Program-made: the position numbers and the translations under genes
Shown here: piece after piece, positions 29,175-43,495 of the stretch
Layout: the number at the start of each line of letters is the position of its first letter
Numbering within the stretch: the stretch's first letter is position 1
Assembly (NCBI RefSeq): GCF_009914755.1
Contig: NC_060927.1
From: the human T2T-CHM13v2.0 reference genome, Homo sapiens
Reading direction: 5' to 3' (one strand)
DNA length: 64,000 nucleotides
The notes under the pieces: model-generated
Told to the model about the DNA's origin: nothing
Databases searched by the model: none
The model's input: only the letters and a program-made list of their open reading frames with translations

Positions 29175-30039
29175 TCACCTCACACCAGAGTTACCAGATA
29201 TATGAAGCAAATACTGACAAAATTGAAGGGGGAAATAGATAGCAATACAATTATACTAGCAAACTTCAATACTCCAGTTTCAATAATGGATATAACAACA
29301 AGAATACCAATAAATAATCAGAGGATATGAACAAAATTTTAGACCAATTGGACTGAACGGACATATGTAGAACACTTGACATAAGAATATACATTCTCCT
29401 CAAGTGTGCACATAACATTCTCCAGGATAGTTGACATATTAGCTCACAAAAAAGTCTTAACACATTTAAGAAGATTAAAATGATACGAAATATCTTTTCC
29501 AACTAGAATAGAATGAAACTAGAAATTGATTGTAGTAGGAAAACAGTAAGGATCACAAATGCATGGAAATTTAATAACATGACATCCTTAAATGTCCAAC
29601 AGTTTAAAGAATAAATTACAAGATAAATTTAAAAATATCTAGACATAAATGAAAAAGAAAACACAACGTATCAACACATATGGAATGCAGCGAAAGCTAT
29701 ACTAATGGGAAAGCTTATAGTGCTAAATGCTTACAAAGTAGGTAACCTAGAAGTGACAAATTCCTAGAAATATTCAACCTACCAAGACAGAATTATGAAA
29801 ATATAGAAAATATATGCAGATCTATAGAAAGGATATTGAACCAATAATCAAAAAACTCTCAAGAAAGAAAAGCCCAGGAACAGATGACATCATTAGAGAA
29901 TTCTACTAAACATTTAAAGAAGAATTAATGCCAACTACACCAAACGTAAAAACTTCTGTGCAGCAAAGGAAACAATCAACTGAGTGAAAAGGCTTATCTC
30001 TGACCCTTTTTTAGGGTACTCGCTTACAGTTTTATCAAG

Positions 30040-30720
30040 TTCTCAAACTTCCTTATGTAGCATGTATTTTGTAATGCCTTCCTTCTTATCCTAAAATAAA
30101 AACCACACATACTGTGAGCAAATTATATACATTTAAAAAAAAATTAATATAATATCACACTGTAATGAACAAAGTGAAAAAAGTTTTACTTATATTTACC
30201 TAAGTGTAATACATGCTTGAGAATGATGCACTAAAACATGGGTATACAACCTTTTTCTGTAAAGTGCCAGATACTAAATATTTTTGGCTTTGCCAGTAAT
30301 AGTCGCTGTTGCAGCTACTCAACTCTAGCATTATAGTACAAAAGAAAGTCATAGACAATAGGCAATAAATGGGCATAGCTTTGTTCCAATAAAACTTAAT
30401 TTGCAAATTCAAATGACAGGCATGAGTTTGTCCAGGGTCTAAGTTTGCCAATCCTTGCGCTAAAGACATTATTGAATCATCAGATGTTTGCCTGAATATG
30501 TGAAATGATTGTGTATTCAATAACTTCAGATGAAAAAAATGATAGAAATATATATGTGTGTTCGGGTGTATATGTTAGCACTATGAGCAGCAATGTTGTT
30601 GGTGACATGATTTTCCAAAGTTGTAAATGACACTGGATAAATTTCTGAAGTCCAAATTGTGTAAATTGCTTTTACACTCACATGAATATTTGGTAAGATT
30701 ATTTGAAATTTCTATAGTCA
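30040..30720. mobile_element. Probable Charlie-type DNA transposon remnant hosting MER58A
   Basis: ACTATGAGCAGCAATGTTGTTGGTGACATGATTTTCCAAAG resembles Charlie internal sequence; subfamily not certain. Confidence 0.4.
30237..30457 (+). mobile_element. MER58A (hAT-Charlie) with degenerate 8-bp TSD
   Basis: TTTTTCTGTAAAGTGCCAGATACTAAATATTTTTGGCTTTG...GTTCCAATAAAACTT; flanks CACTAAAA / CGCTAAAG. Confidence 0.88.
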
Positions 30721-31554
30721 TACCAGTTATGTGTCAACCAAAAGTGATTCTAAAAATTTCCAAAATGCTTCCTCAATAATGGTACCACCTCCATGTGACA
30801 TTATTTTTGGTTAAATTCTTGGAAGTGGAAATTTTCTATCAAAATGTAAATAGTATTTTGTTATTATGCTTTGGTAACATAAAATATATGGAGTATTTAT
30901 CCATTCTTTGACCAGAAAATTAGTTTGTAATATTTAAAAATTTTAACACTAGAAAAAAGGGCTATAAAACACTTTGACTCACATAGTCCTTTAAGTTTGA
31001 CTTATGTGGTACTTGGCAATTATACAAATTTATAAAAATATATACTACTTTATGTATTCTGAATTAAAACCCCATTTTATTATGTGGATATTAATCTAAT
31101 TTTTACAAATATGGCTATATTCCTAATAGATGCAAATATTTATATTTTAGATCTTAAACATAAACTCTAATAAACATCCTATCTTTTTTTACCTATTATA
31201 ATTTACTATTAGGATATTTTTATAAATATAATCTGAAAATGAACACATTTTTACTGAAAATTTTATTAGGCAAGCTAAGATTATATTAGGCAATACCTAA
31301 TTTTATTAGGCAAGACCAGGATTATAATCCATTAGAGGGTTCATAAAATATTATTACAAAACAGAACAGACTGTGAACATATTTATAACGACATCAAAAC
31401 CTTAATATTGAATTGTATACTCAGTGTACATCTACTTTAATCAAAATTTGCTATTAAATGGTTATCTAAGAAAGTTTTACTCATTATGAATTTATTTCTA
31501 CTTTAACTTTTTGAGCATTGTGGTTATAACTAAATTTGATAAATCAAAGAGGAA

Positions 31555-32390
31555 AACCCTCAGCCTTTGTCATTTTCCATGATATTGACATTTTTGAAGA
31601 TTGCATGCCATGATTTTGAAGAATGTTTTTCACTTTGGGTCTGTCAAGTTTATTATTATCAGCAGTCACTTGTACTCCAATACAGCATAGCTCTCATTTC
31701 TATTTTGCTGTTGTTGTTTGTTATGATTGTTGTTAGTATGGTTTTCAACCTTCTGGACTTGACTCTGTAATACCATACTTTGATTTTTAAAATTTTAGTT
31801 CCATTTTTATTTCCCTCAAGCAACTTTTCTCCATTTTCCCCACAGTCACCAGAATGTGGGCTCCATTAGAGCTAAGATTTTGACTGTCTTGTTTAGAATT
31901 TTTTTTTACCTCCTAGCCCAATACCTACATGTATTTTCTCATAAGCGGAGTCTGATTTTATGTATATTTGATAGGAATTAACCATGGTGATGTGTTCTTA
32001 GTTTCATCACATTCAAAATGCAAATCTTGTCAATTTGCCCCTTTATTGGTGTTGTTAATTTTGTTAAATATGTTCACTTAGTTTTACACTCTAATATTAC
32101 CATTTTTCCCTTTGTAAATAGCATGTAAACTATGGGGAATATAGACTGTTTAAATATCATGTTCTTCAAATTTTTACCCAGTATGTTTAATAACCATTTA
32201 AAATTCTTGCCTGAATCAATTATTACCCTCACAGTTGAAAAATGATGTTCTAACTCTGTTTTATATTCATATTTATTTGTTAGAATTATAATGTAATAAA
32301 GACCTCCCTCTTCTTGCTTATGTTTTTATCTATATGTACTCAGAAATTTTTTTTCAGTTTTTCAATTATTATTTTTTTCTTACTGTCATT
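31555..32390 (-). mobile_element. L1MC4/5-like 3' region (with an intervening L2 end at about 31840-31980)
   Basis: CATGATATTGACATTTTTGAAGA, TTTTTCCCTTTGTAAATAG, TTCTTGCCTGAATCAATTATTAC. Confidence 0.65.
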
Positions 32391-32399
32391 TTTTTGTGA

Positions 32400-32945
32400 G
32401 ACAATACAACTAAGTACAATTTGTGATGCTGTATTCGATCCTAGATCAGGTAAAATTTGCCATAAAGAACATTATTGAGAAAACTATAGAAGTATTACAT
32501 AAAATTATTGTACAAATATTACATGCCTGTAATTACATAAAAGCATGTCTTTAAGTTGTCTTTATATGTTAGAAAAATTCATAATTATAGATAAATTGAC
32601 ATGATGTCTACAACTAACTCACTAACATATGTTTGTGTGTACAGAGAGATAGAGCAGGGAGAGGGAATGAAAGCATCAGGAGTAGTATTCTTGCCAAAAA
32701 GGCATTACCTAAATCTCATCATGATGAAATGTTAGATAAATTCAAATCAAATTATAGGACATTCCACAAAACAAGTGTTCTATAACCCTTAAAAACGTCA
32801 ATATTAGACAATCAGAAAGAGAGTGCACAAATGTGACAAAATGTTAACAATTGTTGAATTCATCTGGATGAAGGAAATGTGAATTTTTTGTACCATTCGT
32901 GTAATTCTTCTGAACATTTGAAATTCTTTCAAGAAAAAGTTTAAA
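32400..32945 (+). mobile_element. L1MC/ME 3' end fragments
   Basis: GCCATAAAGAACATTATTGAG, GTATTCTTGCCAAAAA, AAATGTGACAAAATGTTAACAATTGTTGAA. Confidence 0.65.
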
Positions 32946-33448
32946 ATTAGTTATTGAAGAGATGACCATACCAAAACAAAAATAAGAATGAAATTACTCT
33001 AAAATGTTGATGTCTTATGATGCAGAAACCTTTAGTCTATATATGCTAAGACTTTGTGATTTTACTGGTCTCATCCTTTCTATGTGTTCTATTATACACT
33101 TCAACTATAACTCAATTGGTAAACAGATTGACCTATTGAAAAAAAGCTCTTACTGAAGGCAAGATGGTTTTTTGTTGCAAAGGCAGATTTTTAAAATATC
33201 AACAGTGCACAGAGAGTATTAATAAAGTGGGTCTTTTTTTTCTGTAAAAAGAATAAATCTCCCTCATTTTTCTTCATCTAATAAAGTGATATATATTTAT
33301 TCTATATATCATTTTATATATGAGAAGTATTTTCAAACATTTTATATATAAATATAAATGTGTATACACACACACACATATTTGACGGTTAAAAATTTTG
33401 TCTATCCTTGCTGGGTCCTTTTATTTTTATTTTTCCCCCAAGATATAA

Positions 33449-33770
<322 letters not shown>

Positions 33771-34579
33771 CAGAATAACGTTTTATCCCTCAAATAATTT
33801 TGCCCATAAATAAAAGTCAGTATAGAAAACAATATCCTTCTAGACTATGCCACTAATATCCTTCTGGAGTATGCCACCATAAGTAAGGAAGTCATCTTCT
33901 ATATAAAAAGGCCAGTTACACATTAAGGGTTTATTTATAGAAAAGGATACTCAGGCAGACAGGGCCCTACCTTGGGTAAGGAGAACAGGAAAATGCCTTG
34001 TCTTTAGATAGAAGAGTACAGACTCTTTTAAAGAGAAGTGAAAAGAGACATTGCAGTGCCTGGGTTGACCAGACACCCATGAGGTAAACTGGAGTGGGGA
34101 ATCCTGAATTCAGGTTTAGGATGGCCAGAGACATTTCTACTCATCAAGCTTGGAGATCTAGGAGATAACGAATTTCACTCACACATTACTTCCTCACCCT
34201 TTTATTTCTCTCTCTTAGTCTTTTTTTATTTTATTTTTTTTCCTTGCTAAGTCAGTTCACAATTTGGGACTGCCATAATATGCTAATTATGTATCCGAGA
34301 AGGTGTGCGTGCTGGAGTCAAAATGTAGGTAATACAAAATGCTAAGCCCTTCAAGATCAAACTGTTAGAAAATAGATGTGATAATGCACTTGTTCTGGTA
34401 TTATCAACAGTTGGATTTGTCCTTCGCTAGAGAACATACGACATTTAAATTTTTTCTTTGTTAGTATGTTATTGAATTTATTGACTTTCCTCTGAATGTA
34501 ATATGATATTTTAATTTTTCATTTTTGAATTTTGCTTTTCTATTTTCCTCAGGAAACATTCTTTAGCTCTTCCTGCACT

Positions 34580-34720
34580 TCCTCACCGTGTAGGCTCCAT
34601 GATGGCAGAGATGTTGTCTGTCTTGTTTAGCATTGTATTTCCGGGATCATGCTCACACATACAAGACAATGAATACATATTTTTGAGTAAAGTAAACAAA
34701 TGGATGAACAAGTGAATACT
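34580..34720 (+). mobile_element. L2 3' terminus
   Basis: GTAGGCTCCATGATGGCAGAGATGTTGTCTGTCTTGTTTAGCATTGTAT. Confidence 0.7.
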
Positions 34721-35283
34721 TTTGCATGCAGATAATCTTGCTAATTTTGTGTTAAAATGTCTCAAAAAATAATATGCGGTGGGAAATTTCTTTAAAAATT
34801 TAGTTGTGTCATAAAAGTTAAAGAGTCCCAGTACTATGATGAGGTCGTTTTCCCTGTGCACACACTTTGTACAGTATCATTTAGAATATTGGTAGATAAT
34901 TTTCTTAAATACAATTATATAATTTAATGATTCAACAGATATTAACATTATGAAAGTGATCTATATACATTTAAATAAAATATTCATTACGATGGGAGAG
35001 GTAGGAAAAACAAGCAAACATATATTTTCTTATAACGTGACCCTAATGGATTGAAATTCTTGTATCCTTTCCCCAGAGAAATGACTTCCTGTGAATGGGT
35101 GCCATTTTACTTGCAGGTAAAAATAAAGGCAATGGCCAGTTTAGAAACTATGAATTTATTACACTTGGAATACTGTTTGTGAAAATCTTTGACATCAAAT
35201 ACTTCTAAAGTTGTCCTATGCTGAGTGATATAAATCACTATAATTCATTTGCCAACATTACTTGAGGATTGTGTGCCATACGT

Positions 35284-35515
35284 CAGTATGGCATAATGGC
35301 AAAGATTGTGGTCCCTTGGAGCCAGAAATCCAGGACTCAAACCCAATCTCAGAATTAACTAACTCATTGACTGTGAGCCAGTTATTCAATCTCTCTGAGC
35401 CTCATCTCTAAATAAGAATGATAGAGTTGTTGTGAACGTTAAAATAAGTTAATGCATGTAGAGTCCCCAAGCCATGCCCAACATATCAGAAGTAATCACT
35501 AATATTATATTTAAT
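35284..35515 (+). mobile_element. MIR SINE
   Basis: CAGTATGGCATAATGG...GGAGCCAGA...AATCTCTCTGAGCCTCA...GTTGTTGTGAACGTTAAA. Confidence 0.8.
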
Positions 35516-36439
35516 ATTAATATCTTAGTGTGTGGAGAGGATTAGTGTGTGGATAATTTGTCTATGGAGGGAGATATTACAATTACTATAATGTATGCTG
35601 CCCTGTGGATACCAGCTGAGACAAAATGACCTCTGAGTGGCCACTAGAAAAGTTGGCAGTAAGCACAGTGCCCATGTGGGTCGTGATGCTGTCTCCTTTT
35701 CCTATCTAGTGGAAGAGAATACTAGACTTTCAGGTCACTGGAGCAGTGACCGTTGTTAGCTAATGATATAGTACCTTATCACAACTTTTAGACACTTTGA
35801 GGCAAACTGTTCAACTTTTTATAACCTCTAAGTTTTATGCCTGAAAGTTGGGGTGTTTTGAATTGAAGAGACTGCTATAGAGATAATTTCTGGGATTAAA
35901 GATCTTGTGTGTAAGGATGACACAAAAACCTCACGATTCAAATGTATACTAGCTTTTCACCCAAAAGGCAACATTAGACAAGCTATTAAAAGTAACGGTG
36001 AGAATCACCATTACTTTCACACCAGCCTAATACTTTACCCCTGCACCTCCATTTCTATCATTTATTTGTCAAATGAAGTTTTGAGACCACATGACCTCTA
36101 GATGCCTTATTTCATCGGTAGAGTCCACTTTTACTCCCATTGTTTTCTATTTACATTGGCATTTTCACTTCCTTTTCTCTCTGATATCACAAGAATGGGA
36201 AAAAAAGTCTAAGACTTAGAGCTTTACATATATAGGGGCGTGTGTGTTTGTGTGTGTGTGTGTGTACACACACATATATATAAAACTTTTGCAAAGACCA
36301 GAGTCATCTACGAAAAGTTAACTCCAACAAATTGTAAATGTTGCTATGAGAAGAGGAAAACAGATTTTTTTTTTAAATAGCAGAATATAATATGGGATGT
36401 CTGCAAGACTGCAGAGAAAATATTTTCATTTTCATATTT

Positions 36440-37240
36440 CTGAAGTTAGGGTTTTCTGAGCAAAGCTAAAACAGAAACTTCAGGCCTAAATTAAAGGAGA
36501 AGACTTTTACCTAAAAGATGACTGAATAGATAATAAGGGATTTACATCTTTGAGGTATGTCAAAGGGAGGCCAGGCATGGTGGCTCACGCCTGTAATCTC
36601 AGCACTTTGGGAGGCCAAGTTGTGCGGATCACCTGAGGTCAGGATTTCGAGATCAGCCTGGCCAACATGGTGAAACCCTGTTTCTACTCAACAATACAAA
36701 AAATTAGCCGGGCATGGTGGTGCACACCTGATAGTCCCAGCTACTCAAGAAGCTAAGGCAGGAGAATAGCTTGAACCTGGGTGGCAGAGTTTGCAATGAG
36801 CCAAGATAGCACCACTGCACTCTGGCCTGGGTGACAAGAGTGAAACTCTGTCTCTAAATAAATAAATAGATGTTAAAGGGAGATAAAATCCAGAACTATG
36901 GAAATATCCCATGGAATGAAACAGTGAAATGCATTTTTTTCCCAGTGAATTGCATTGACGTTCCAAAAGATAAGAGCCCAGGGCCCTTCCCCTTCTTTTC
37001 CCAAAGGGAATATGTTCCCATTAGGGAGATTCAGTTTTTCTCCCTCCTTTTAAAGGGAAGCAGGTAATGTGTATATAAGCTCACAGATTCATATTTTTAG
37101 GGTTTCTCCTTTTTGGTTTATATACACAGCCCTATCTATCTGTCTCTCTGCATCACCCAGAAAGGGAAAAGATTAGGAGAAATCATTGTGCTTGTAAATC
37201 ATGTGTTTACTTTCTGGATAATATTAATAAATATGAATTT
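36440..37240 (+). mobile_element. Probable old ERVL-type LTR hosting the Alu
   Basis: LTR-like layout with TATATAAGC at about 37072 and AATAAA at about 37226; weak resemblance to LTR40/41. Confidence 0.35.
36569..36868 (+). mobile_element. AluS (Sx/Sq-like) with (TAAA)n tail
   Basis: Full Alu; degenerate TSD ATGTCAAAGGGA / ATGTTAAAGGGA. Confidence 0.97.
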
Positions 37241-38574
37241 TCAAAAATGATCATTATCAATGGAGCAAAAGTAGAAAAAGACCAAAGCTTTTATATGCAA
37301 GTTATTTCTTACAAATTACTGATGACATTAGAAGTGTTTGGACTGTTTTCCCCTAAATTGATCCATACTCATTTGTTTGAACTGTTAAATATTTTATTAA
37401 TGAGAAAAAAATTGGGACAAGTTGTTGGGCTGATACAGCTGAAGGGAAGCTTTTGTTATTTAAAATACGGGGCAGGGATTATTTAGGAGAAAACTTAATT
37501 ATTTTCTGTTTATCAATGGAAGGATGAAAGCTCTGCAATCTCTCATTCAGCCTTGGGCAGTATAAATTTTGAAACCCCGTTAAGTGACTTGATCATTTAC
37601 TTCCGAACTTCTTGTCTGTAAAATTTTCTTCAGCTTTGATCATAAGGAACACTTTTTAAAAATACGCTGTGCTTTCAATGTTGTGTCTACCTTGATTTTT
37701 TCTTATCTCTGTCGTATACCATACTTAAGTGTAAGAAGTTTAGGGGAACTAAAGGAAATAAGGTACCTGATCCTCTTTCATCCATGTAATTTCTCCTGTT
37801 CTTATAAAATAGAATAGAGCAGGGAGTTATCACCCTACTCTGATGCCCATGTAATGCCTGATTATGAAAGACACTCATTCTGCTAAGCTCCTTTCCGTTT
37901 ATTGTGATCAATTCAGACAGCTTTCAGACACAGACACTAGGAGTTAGATTCTTTATGAAATAAGTGGAAAATCTTTGTCCTATGAGGATCTACTTTTCTT
38001 TATGGATCTTCTATCAGGGATTAAATTGCAATGATTGTTACATTTTTATCAGTAACTAATGAGTCTAAATTGTTAAAAATTATGTCAGATGAGATACAAA
38101 ACATTGACGCATTCAGTTTATTTAAGTTTTCACAAAATATTCAAAATATAAAAACTTCATGATAATTTTTAAAAAGCTGAAAGATGTATTGGTTTTTATA
38201 TAAGGTAGAGGGTTTCTATATGAGAGAAAAGGAAAAAGATAAAAATAAAAAGAAAAGAGAAAGTTGAAAATAAAGGGATAAAAAATAGAGAGTAGACAAT
38301 GGGGAAAGAAAGGTGAAAAGTTGAAGTATGTATTCAAATATCACATAAACATATTATGTCATGCATAACAATGTAAAATGTGTTGAAATGCATTAGTTTG
38401 AACAATGACAGTATTCTTTTAGTTTTTGCCTCCATCATGTTTTCAGTAAAATAATATTCAGTTTAATGTATACTTGATAGCTTTTATATGTTGATACATG
38501 TGGAGAATGTTAGTGACAGCTAATGATAACAATTTAGTCAACATTTATTGAGAATGTACCATGTCACAGATACA

Positions 38575-39170
38575 CTGGGTCTTTGACAAACGTATAACGA
38601 CATATATCAGCCATTATAGTATCATATAGAGTAGTTTCACTGCCCTAAAAATCCTCTGTGCTCGGCCCATTTCTCTCTGCCTCTCTCCTAACCTCTGGAA
38701 ACCACTGATACTTTTACTGCCTCCATATTTGCCTTTACCAGAATGGCATGTAATTAGAATCATACAGTATTTAGCCCTTTCAGATTGGCTTATTTCACTT
38801 AGTAACAAACTTTCCTTGATGTGTTTTCACAAACTGATAGCTCATTTATTTTTTGTACTAATTAATATTCCATTGTCTGGATGTTCCACTGTCTGTTCAT
38901 TTACCTGTTGAAGGATATCTTGGTAATTATGAATAGAGCTGTCAAACATTTGTTTGCAGGTTTTGGGGGCATAATTTTTCAGTTCACTTTGGTAAATACC
39001 AAAATGTTGAATTGCTGGGTTATATGGTAAGAGTATGTTTGCTTTTATTTTAAGAATTCCAAGGTGTTTTTAAAAGTAGTTATACCATTTTGCATTCCCA
39101 CCAGCAATGCTTGAGAGTTCCCATTGAACCGCAACTTTGCCAGCATTTGGTGTTGTAAGTGTTTTGAAGA
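38575..39170 (-). mobile_element. L1MC1/2 3' region
   Basis: CATTATAGTATCATATAGAGTAGTTTCACTGCCCTAAAAATCCTCTGTGCTC. Confidence 0.88.
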
Positions 39171-39554
39171 CATATTCATTATTGATCAGAGAATATTATA
39201 TAGTAAGAAAAAGTTATTAGAAACTCAGAGGACTTGGCTAAAATTTCACCTGGATGTATTAAAGATCTAGTCACACAAATTAATGTAAATAGAAAAGGAG
39301 TGTCAAAAACAGTCCCTGAGTACTGTATCTCAGGAGTGACACTTATACACTGTTATAAAATTAAGATATCTCCACTGTATGTAATTCAAATTATTTAAAT
39401 TTAATACAGTATATGTACTTATGCTTTGACAGACACATGTAGGTTAAATTCATCCTGCTTTTTCAAGAAGTTGGGGACATACAAATGTATTCACCTAAGT
39501 TAATCTTCAGTATCCATTAGTTTTATTCTTTATTTTTTGGATTTAAAATTTATG

Positions 39555-39733
39555 AAATATGGTGGGGTGATGTACTTTTTAGTCCCAGCTACCTGGGAGG
39601 CTGAGGAGGGGAAATGGCTTGAACCCGGGGGTTAGAAGAGCTTGCAGTGAGCCATGATCATGGCATTGCACTCCAACCTGGGTGGCGGAATGAGACCCTG
39701 ACGCTAATAAGGACATAAATAAATAAATAAATA
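39555..39733 (+). mobile_element. Alu right-arm monomer (FRAM/AluJ fragment)
   Basis: TAGTCCCAGCTACCTGGGAGGCTGAGG...GCAGTGAGCCATGATC; (TAAA)n tail; no left arm. Confidence 0.85.
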
Positions 39734-39827
39734 GAAATTTACTCAATGCTTTATCTAAAATACGCCAGGCATTTGTTAAACCTGGGAATAAATGTATGAA
39801 TAAATTATGGCTTTGTTTTAAAATAAT

Positions 39828-40260
39828 GTATTAGTCAAAGTTGTTTTGGTTAAATGTGACAGAAACACCACTCAAACTGCTAAAGCATAAATGGGAATTT
39901 ATTGTTCAAATAATGAGAGCTCAGTAGCAGGCTAACTTAAGGAGTTTAGAGTTCTTTACATGTTTTTTTCTGCTTCTGTCTCTTTTTTTCATTGTCTTTC
40001 TCCTTCAGAATTTATCATTTTATTTTATCACCCTTCTTTTTTGACACAGATGAATTCCACTGGGGTGGTGAAGGTGAGAACACTGCTACAAACAATTCCA
40101 GGAATACACCATTTCTATTTATAGTCTTAGAGAAAAAGAGAGCTTTTCTCTCTGTTAACATACCCTTAAACCCTGATTTGGCTTACCTCAATTGAGCCAT
40201 ATTCTCATCTCTAGGGATTTTTGTGAATTATAATGCCTAGAGTTAGAAAGTGGCATTATG
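39828..40260 (-). mobile_element. MLT1J/K-like LTR
   Basis: TGTATTAGTC...GTGACAGAAACACCACTCAAACTGCTAAAGCATAAATGGGAATTTATTG. Confidence 0.7.
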
Positions 40261-40269
40261 TTGAGTGGG

Positions 40270-40790
40270 TACAATAAGTGTTTCCATGCAGATAATTTGA
40301 AGAACTCACAAGGGTCCACCAGGTATACTCATATAATACTTTAATCAAGATAAGGATATGCTGTAGTAGGATAAATGAAGCACAGGCAAGCATTGTGGAC
40401 CCAAAGATTTTTCAGTACCCTTTTATAGTTTCATAAAAATGCTTCATCTCTGAATTATGCATTACCAAGATATGTTCAAGAAATTTTCATTTCAAAAGTG
40501 CTTGGCAAAAGTTTCCAATGGGCTCATTTATGTGCCACTGATCACGTAACGTACCAGTGTGTGTAATCAGTTAGAACAGGAATAAACTACCAATCTATAC
40601 ATCCCAAAACAATGTAAAAAACTGACTGTGAGCACCACAAGGTGAATATGAACCTTAAACAAAAGATTATGAATTATTATCTATCTTCATTATTTTTACC
40701 TTAGTCAAGAGTTAGTACTAGACTTCAGATGTTGCCAGAAGCATAGAACTATGCTAGTCTAACTGAAAGATAACTTTACCTTACAGAAAG
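40270..40790 (-). mobile_element. Probable MER21/68/77-like LTR remnant
   Basis: GATAATTTGAAGAACTCACAAGG...TATACTCA...AAGGATATG resembles that group; degenerate. Confidence 0.35.
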
Positions 40791-40822
40791 TGTGTTATAT
40801 GTGTTATAGGATATGAGGAGGG

Positions 40823-43008
40823 TGATATGGTTTGGCTCTGTGTCCGCACCTAAATCTCAGCTTGAATTGTAATCCCTACGTGTTAAGGGAGGGAGGTGAT
40901 TGGATTACAGGGGAGCTTAATCCATGCTGTTCCCATGCTGGTGAGTTAATTCTCATGAGATCTCATGGTTATATAAGTGTTTGACAGTTCCTCCTACACA
41001 GTCTTCTCTCTCACTTGCTGCCATGTAAGACATGCCTGCTTCCCCTCTGCCATGATTGTAAATTTCCTGAGGTCTCCCCACCTATGCAGAACTGTGAGCC
41101 AAGTTCTTTCTTTACAACCTCCTTTCTTTACAACAGTTCTTTACATCAGTGTGAAAACAGACTAATACAGTAAACTGACACCAGAAGTGGGGTACTGCTA
41201 TAAAGATACCTGAAAATGTGGAAGCAGCTTTGAAACTGAGTAACAGGAAGAGGTTGCAACAGTTTGGAGGGCGTAGAAGAATACAGGATGAGGTGGAAAA
41301 GTATGGAAATTCCTAGAGACTTGTTGAATGGTTTTGACCAAAATACTGATAGTTATATGGACAACAAAATCCAGGCTGATGTGGTCTTAGATGGAGATGA
41401 GAAATCTATTGAGAAATGGAGCAAAGGTCACTCTTGCTATGCTTTAGCAAAAAGACTGGTGTCATTTTGCCCCTGCCCTAGAGAATTGTGGAACTTTGAT
41501 CTTGAGAGAAATGATCTGAAATTAGAACTTACGTTTAAAAGGGAAGCAGAGCATAAAAATTTGGAACATTTGCATCCTTACAATGCAGTAGAAAAGAGAA
41601 ACACATTTTCTGGGGAGAAATTCAAGCCAGCTGCAGAAATTTACATGAGTAACAAGGAGCCAAATGTTAATCATTAAGACAATGGAGAAAATGTCTACAG
41701 GGCATGTCAGAGATTCTGGTGGCAGCTTCTCCCATCACAGGCCCAGAGGCCTAGGAGGAAATACGGTTTCATGGGCAAGACCCAGGGTCCCTGCTATTCT
41801 ATGCAGCCTTGGGACATGGTGCCCTGCATCCCAGCCCCTTCAGCTCTAGTTGTGGTTAAAAGGGGCCAAGGTACAGCTCTGGCTGTTGCTCCAGAGGGTG
41901 CAAGCTCCAAGTCTTGGTGACTTCCATGTGGTGTTGGGCCTGAAGGTGCATGTAAGTAAAGAATTGAAGTTTGGAAATCACTGCCTAGATTTCAGGGGAT
42001 ATTTGGAAATACCTGAATGTCCAGACAGAAGTCAGCTTCAGGGGTGGAGTCCTCCTGGAAAAACTCTGCTAGGGCAGTACAAAGGGGAAATGTGGGGTTG
42101 GAGCCCTCACACAGAGTCTGCACTGGAGCACTGCCTAGGGAAGCTGTGAGAAGAGGGCCACCATCTTCCTGACCCCAGAATGGTAGAACCACCGACAGCT
42201 TGCACTGGCTTGCACTGTGGGTCTGGAAAAGCCACAGGCACTCACACCAGCATGTGAAGGAGCTGCCCAAGGCCACGGGAGCCACCCCTTGCATCAGCAT
42301 GCCCTAGATGTGAGACATAGAGCCAAAGGAGATTATTTTAGAGTTTAAGATTTAATAACTGTCTCACTGGAATTTGGACTTGCATGGGGCCTGTAGACAC
42401 TTGTTTTGGCCAGTTTATCCCTTTTGAAGTGGGACATTTACCCAGTGCTGTAGCCCCATTGTATCTAGGAAGTAATTAACTTGCTTCTGATTTTACAGGC
42501 TTATAGGCAGAAGGTACATGCCTTGTCTCAGATGAGACTTTGGACTTGGACTTTTGGGTTAATGCTGGAATGAGTTAAGACCTTAGGGGACTGTCAGAAA
42601 GGCATGATTGGTTTTGAAATGTAAAAGACATGTGATTTGGGAGGGGACAGGGGTGGAATGATATGGTTTGGCTTTGAGTCCCCATCCAAATCTCATCTCA
42701 AATCTTTTCTCATGTTTAGAGAAGGAGGTGATTGGATCATGGGGTAGTTCCCTCCATGCTGGTCTCATGAGAGTGAGTGAGTTCTCACAAGGTGTGATGG
42801 TTTTATAAGTGTTTGACAGTTCCTCATGCATACTTTTCTCTCTCACCTGCCACCATGTAAGATGTGCCTGCTTCCCCTTCCAACATGATTGTAAATTTCC
42901 TGAGGCCTCCCAACCCATGCGAAACTGTGAGTCAATTAAACCTTCTTTCTTTATAAATTACCCAGTCTCAGGCAGTTCTTTATAGTAGTGTGAAAATGGA
43001 CTAATACA
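40823..43008 (+). mobile_element. Full-structure THE1D-like MaLR provirus (LTR 40823-41169, internal, LTR 42659-43008)
   Basis: Two TGATATGG...TAATACA LTRs, THE1-int sequence, purine tract before the 3' LTR, TSD GAGGG/GAGAG (4/5). Confidence 0.95.
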
Positions 43009-43495
43009 GAGAGTATCTTTTCTTATGGTGGAAAAATCTGAACAAGTTACTATGCTATTAGAAAAGACCAAAAAGAAAGTGAAAAATTGAAGACCCAGGT
43101 AGAGAAGACATAGTAATTTGATCAGTCAGGATACATGATGGATTTGGAGAAGAGAAAAATATAATGAAGATAAGTGTGTACTTAACTTAAAAGAAAACGG
43201 TGGATAACTTTTTCTTGAGATGGAAAAGAGGGAGGCAAGGCTAATTTATATAAGCAGACTATGGTCAGTAAGAGAAAGATATCTAAGCTAGTTCTCAAAA
43301 AGAAATGACAGTTAGAATGTCAAACTTGTGAAATGCACCTGTCACTATGAGTATGTAACCAGAGTTCAGACTAGACATAAAATCCAGAGGAGAAAGGTGT
43401 TTTGTCTTTTGTTGTATTCTAAAATGGTTCTCTTTGTTTTGCCTCAGAAAAGCCTGAGTTGTGAGTAGGTGGTTCTGTCTTAGGAAAAAACCATG

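Noticed and set aside
31261-31320. Three 20-bp units containing TATTAGGCAA; similar short tandem duplications near 18230, 33831 and 53755
   Set aside because: Ordinary local slippage duplications with no further structure
35638-35660. CTCF-like TGGCCACTAGA
   Set aside because: The G-rich 3' half of the motif (GGGC) is absent; it reads AAAGT
35733-35751. GGTCACTG-GAG-CAGTGACC hairpin or nuclear receptor inverted repeat
   Set aside because: An 8-bp stem is expected by chance in 64 kb, and the half-site spacing of 9 is non-canonical
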